Part shown: positions 60,001-64,000 of the stretch, one piece after another
Position numbering within the stretch: the stretch's first letter is position 1
Layout: each line of letters starts with the position of its first letter
Origin: Amoebophrya sp. A120
Lineage: Eukaryota > Protista > Dinoflagellata
Length of the DNA stretch: 64,000 nucleotides
Assembly (NCBI GenBank): GCA_905178155.1
Contig: CAJINV010000001.1
Span: forward strand, 14,281,265-14,345,264
Direction: 5' to 3'
Notes under the pieces: generated by a model
Database searches by the model: none
What the model saw: only the letters and a program-made list of their open reading frames with translations
What the model was told of the DNA's origin: nothing
Translations under genes and position numbers: made by a program

Positions 60001-63000
60001 GGGCACACGGAAAGGATGACCTCTTTCAATTCTTGCAGCGTACAATTGGACGCGAGGAGCGCGCGGAAAATCGCACCGACTTCGGCCTCGGTCAAAGAAG
60101 TGACGCCGCGCTTGGGGCGAATCATCGACGCGTAGTCGAATTCCAGGAGGTGGTGCTGCGGAAGCTGGAACGAGGAGGTCATCTCGAAGTAAAACCTGAC
60201 GGAATTTTCGTTTCAGTCAGATAATGTGGCATAGCTATCACGGTCACGACCGAGGACGACGATGGTGATGTGACCTACAATTGGATACCGACACAATTGA
60301 CACTAGAAATCTTCCCTGCGTCACAAGTGCATCGATCCTGAATAACATTACTCCGCATGTTGTCACGCGTTGATTCTTTCACATGAGTCATACCATCGGA
60401 CATAACATGATTCACGACGCTATGGTGACGCACACCGTTCTGAAAACTCAAAGCACTTGGATGTAAGTTGTAGGTACCCGTTGATCCGCTCGTTCCGGAA
60501 GCAGCTGCGGTTTCCGAACTGGGACACCACGACTTTCCCCACCCGTGGTCGAATCGTCTGCTCCCACTGGTCCAGGATCAGCAGTTGCTGCGCTACCACG
60601 TAATCCGCCAAGTCGCTCAGCTCGAGCGAGTACCGGCCGCTCGGGTTCTCCGGGCAAAACCCGAGCGCCCGCTTCGCGTAGAAGGCGATCTTCAACAAAT
60701 CACCGGGACTGGGAGCCTGCATCAAGAATAACACTTTCTGCATCCGTCTTCCGCCGGAAAGGGAACCGAAGCAGTGGTAGAGGATCTTGTGTCGCAAGTG
60801 CGGCGCGAACGAGATCATCGCCGCAACCATGAGGTACGAATAGAAAAAATCCATGGACAGTGCCTGGATGATGACGCCCAAATCCGGCATGTTAGCCAAC
60901 ACCTCTTTGAACAAGCGAACCACCTTCAACTCCGCCTCCCGTGTGAACAGTACCCTCGCAGATTCCTGAAACGAATTCAAGATCGAGACCGCCGGGTCCT
61001 CATCGCGGGTCTTTACGAGCTGCTTGTCCTTGGCGTTCGTTCCCCCGGCGGCGGCAAGATCCGCCGCACCCACGACGCCAACGTCTTGCGCAACCTTCTT
61101 GTCCTTCGCCGCGGCCATAATCTTGTCGTACTCCAGCCCCAGTCGAAAACTGAAGCGGATCGTCGCCTTCTCTACACTCGCATACTCCGCGTTCACGATC
61201 CATTTCTTGCGCTTCTCGTCGAACGTCAAATTTTCCGACTGCCAGGCCTCGGACAAACCCTCGAAGCTGCTTTTTGGCAGGCGCTCCCGGATCCGGAGCA
61301 ACAGGGAAAGAATCGCGCGCTGGCCCGGCAGGGATAAGTTCAACTGGTACTGCCTTTGGGCGGAGGACTGCAAAAAGGTGTACAGCCGGTAGTGCACCCC
61401 GTGCGTCGCGACCGACGTGCTGGGATTCACAAACCGCCGAATAGGGAGTGCTAAGGGATGTTGTGGTGGTTCCTCTTCGCGCATCCTCGCCACCGCGGCC
61501 TCGCGGTCGCGGATGTCACGCGGTTTCACGGCATCGTACCCCCCTGCGTCCATCATGGAGGACATTTCGATGTAATCACAGCAAGTTGACGTGGCCAGGT
61601 ACCGAAGCATCGCGCGACAGCCGTGGATGCCGAGGGGGTTTTGCCCGAGGAACAGATTCACCATGGTGTTGGTCCCGTACAGCGCGGCCTCCATGATCAG
61701 CGCGCTCTGCGAGTTCAGCATGTTTTGCCGGGCGACGAGGTATTTCAAACGGTGGAAGTCGCCGAGGCCCTCGAGGAAAATGTTGATTTCGTTATCGTCG
61801 GGATCTACCGCGCCGACCGCGCAGGCGGACACATCCAGGCACCTCAATGAGCCGTGGCTCGCGACGCACTCGCGGAGCGTCTGCCAGACTTGAAAGTTGA
61901 AGGGGTTCCAGGAAATGTCGAGGTTCTGCAGATCTTGGTTCTTCCCCAGCACCGCAAGCAGCATCTGTTCGGCCATCGCGACCGGCATGTTCATGTCGGA
62001 TAAGGCGATCTGCTTCAAGTCCTTGCCGCCCAGCATGTCGCACAGCCGCATCAGCGTGTCCGGTGCGAAAAGTGTGGAGGACAAATCGATCTCCTGCAAG
62101 TAATCCAGGAAGCTGAGCGTGTTTGTCAGCACGTTCAGCCCGAAGTCAGAGATCCCGCGGCACCGCTGCATGCGCAAAATGCGGAGCGTCCGCTGCGCCA
62201 GACACCCGTCTTCGCCCAGTTTCTGGAGCAAATAGATGACGGACTTGTCCGTGAGCAGCACATTCCCACTCAGGTCGAGGAGCTGCACGCTGCTCTTCGT
62301 CAAAAGTACCGACAACCCGAGCAGGTCTTCGTCGTTCAAACCCTCGTCGTGGCAGTCGACGACATTTCCCAGCATGTCCTTGAAGCAACACTTCAACCGC
62401 GGTAGCAGCTGTGAAATTTCGCAAAACTGCGCGTACGCGCCGCGCGCACGGTCCATCTTTTCCGTTTCCTTCCGCCGGGTAACTGCGTCCAGCACTGGAA
62501 TCTTGCTCCGCGCCGGGTCCACTTTCGCGACGTCGTGGTGTAATTGCAAATTCATGTGCATTCTCTCCTTGTTCCGCGTTGCGTCGTTGGCCCAGTTCCG
62601 CTGCGGAATCGCCCGCTCTGCGGGTACCAGCAGTGCTTTCGCACTTCCGCGCTCCTTCAAGTGTACCATCACCTCGTTGATGCTCGCCGTTTTGTTCGCG
62701 ATCGGGTCCGCGGCAACGTGCAGCACCATGCCGCCCTTCCTCCCGATCGCCTGCACATCGATGCCACCAAGCTCCTTGATCTGCGTCAGATCGGTCGTGC
62801 CAGACAGTACGTCATCCTTGGCGAACAGACTCTCGAAGCCGCGCGACTGCAACTTACCGCGTTTCGTGTCGTAGTCGTCGCTTGGCCCGATGGGGTGCTG
62901 GTCCGCGAGTTGTCCGCCTTGAAGATGTTGATGACCTCCGAGTCCGTCGCCGCTGCCGCTCATCATCTGTGAGGAAACCCGCGCTCCCATGGTCGACGGC

Positions 63001-64000
63001 CTCACCTTGCTCGTCGCACTCGCCGGCGGGGCCGCGCCAAAGTGCGCTGCCGAGGTCCCCGGACGCAACGCCATCGCCGAGCCGCCGCTTGCCGCGGTCT
63101 GCGGCGTCTCGGCTTGTCTAGTAATCGTCGGGAACAAACCATTAGACGTTCCGGGGGTCGTCACCGCCGGCCCGGTCGTTCCGGTCGTGAGCGGGCGCGG
63201 CTGCGAAGAGCTCTGCGCTGACCCGGGAGTTCGCGTGCTCGCGGCGGTTGTCGTTGGCCGGGTGCGGACGATTTCCTTCTTCGTCATGGCCTCCAAGTTG
63301 CCCTCCGCCGGTGCCGCCTCCTGCTGTTCGACCACACGTGTCATTAACGGCAGCAAGTTCGCGCTCGAGTGCAGCACGTGCTTCGTTTCAGCCAGACTGA
63401 TCTGTTGCTGCGTCTCGGTGTCCGCGGAGAGGTAGTGCGAGATTCTGGTTTTGCGGTCGATCCGGTAGTCCCGAATGCCGGAAATTTTCACGTCGGTTTG
63501 GTACTTGCTGCTGGCCGACGCGACGTCCTCTGGCGTGACGGGGTAGCGGCGGAAGGCGTCGTCGTAACTTGTGTTGGAGGCGCCCATCAGTAGGTCCACG
63601 GCGGATCTGCGTTTTTGTAGGGCAAAGGACGCTTTCTTGCCGCTCGTCTTCCACGGTGCGCGCATTCCGGACGCCGCCCCGCCGACTTGGTTGGACTGCA
63701 GCTGCCGACCGAGCATGGTGTTCGTGTCTTCCATGTCTTTGTGCATCTTGGTCATCATCTTGTCAATGTCGGCCTCGCTGCGGTGCCCGCGGGAGTGCAG
63801 GAACCGCTGCATGTTCCGGTTGTTCGGGTGCACAAACCCCCCGGGAAGCCGTCTGATGATCTCTGTCCCGACCTTCTTGACGAGTTCCTCGCCCGGGTCT
63901 GGCGGACGCCAAGTTTCCGGGTTGCAGGGTAGTAGCGCTACGCGCCGTCCGTGGACGCTCTCCAGCACGTCGCCCGCTAGCGCGTGCAACAGCGCCTTTG
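57071..64000 (-). CDS. Large LRR (RNase-inhibitor/NLRC3-like) plus EF-hand protein, >1,830 aa, 5' end outside window; exons >63998-60478, 60195-59887, 59606-59575, 59419-59282, 59125-59084, 58755-58556, 58339-57071
   Basis: LRRs LLDLSGN, LQEIDLS, LDISWNP, LFLGQNPLG; EF-hands DRGGEGTISWAEF and DKDGGGSLSMEEF. Two GT-AG introns (60196-60477, 58340-58555) and four TIR inserts; exon lengths sum to 5511 nt, a multiple of 3, in one continuous frame. Confidence 0.85.
58340..58555 (-). other. Canonical GT-AG intron, 216 nt
   Basis: GAG|GTGACT...CCTCAG|GCC, phase 0. Confidence 0.75.
58761..59083. mobile_element. Introner / non-canonical intron, 323 bp
   Basis: 32-bp TIR TATCGAAAGGAAAAA(T/C)TCCCCCTCCCCATATC; perfect direct repeat TGACG; junction NIIDV|TWDQD. 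Confidence 0.95.
59131..59281. mobile_element. Introner / non-canonical intron, 151 bp
   Basis: TIR TAT...AAATTTCC(T/C)GTACA(C/T)GTACAA..TGCGTC; perfect direct repeat TGAAC; junction LIALF|TYESH. Confidence 0.92.
59425..59574. mobile_element. Introner / non-canonical intron, 150 bp, same TIR family as 8981-10324
   Basis: TIR TAT....TGCAAAAGTATCGTACT(A/C)GTA; perfect direct repeat AGACG; junction RAAV|YRSTW. Confidence 0.93.
59612..59886. mobile_element. Introner / non-canonical intron, 275 bp
   Basis: TIR TAT....TGCAAATATGTCTG(G/T)GTCTGGAAGA; perfect direct repeat TACCA; junction TVDW|YLNEK. Confidence 0.93.
60196..60477 (-). other. Canonical GT-AG intron, 282 nt
   Basis: GG|GTACCT...CGTCAG|G, phase 2, gives ERINGFYFEM. 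Confidence 0.75.

Overview
Eukaryotic, gene-dense DNA with all 11 reconstructed protein-coding genes on the minus strand. The overall pattern resembles the syndinean dinoflagellate parasite Amoebophrya (inference, not a database match). The main signal is ten transposon-like inserts inside coding sequence. Each starts TAT, ends ATA, has terminal inverted repeats (TIRs) and is flanked by a 5-bp direct repeat. Removing each insert plus one repeat copy fuses split ORFs in frame, yet no frame-preserving placement gives GT-AG, so these look like non-canonical introner-type introns. Nine of ten offer a GT donor within the direct repeat on the sense strand but never a matching AG. Ordinary GT-AG introns of about 215-335 nt coexist. 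Reconstructed genes: a >6,100-aa multi-PDZ-like protein with spaced P[KR]LRGG motifs, a hypothetical protein, a LONRF-like RING/LON protein, a PAN-like GPI surface protein between duplicated ~600-bp spacers, a divergent dynein-light-chain-like protein, a Cys-rich protein, a Venus-flytrap/EGF/pentameric ligand-gated channel/EF-hand fusion, a JmjC protein, a U-box protein, a secreted hypothetical protein and an LRR/EF-hand protein. All splice models were derived by hand from reading-frame logic without RNA data.
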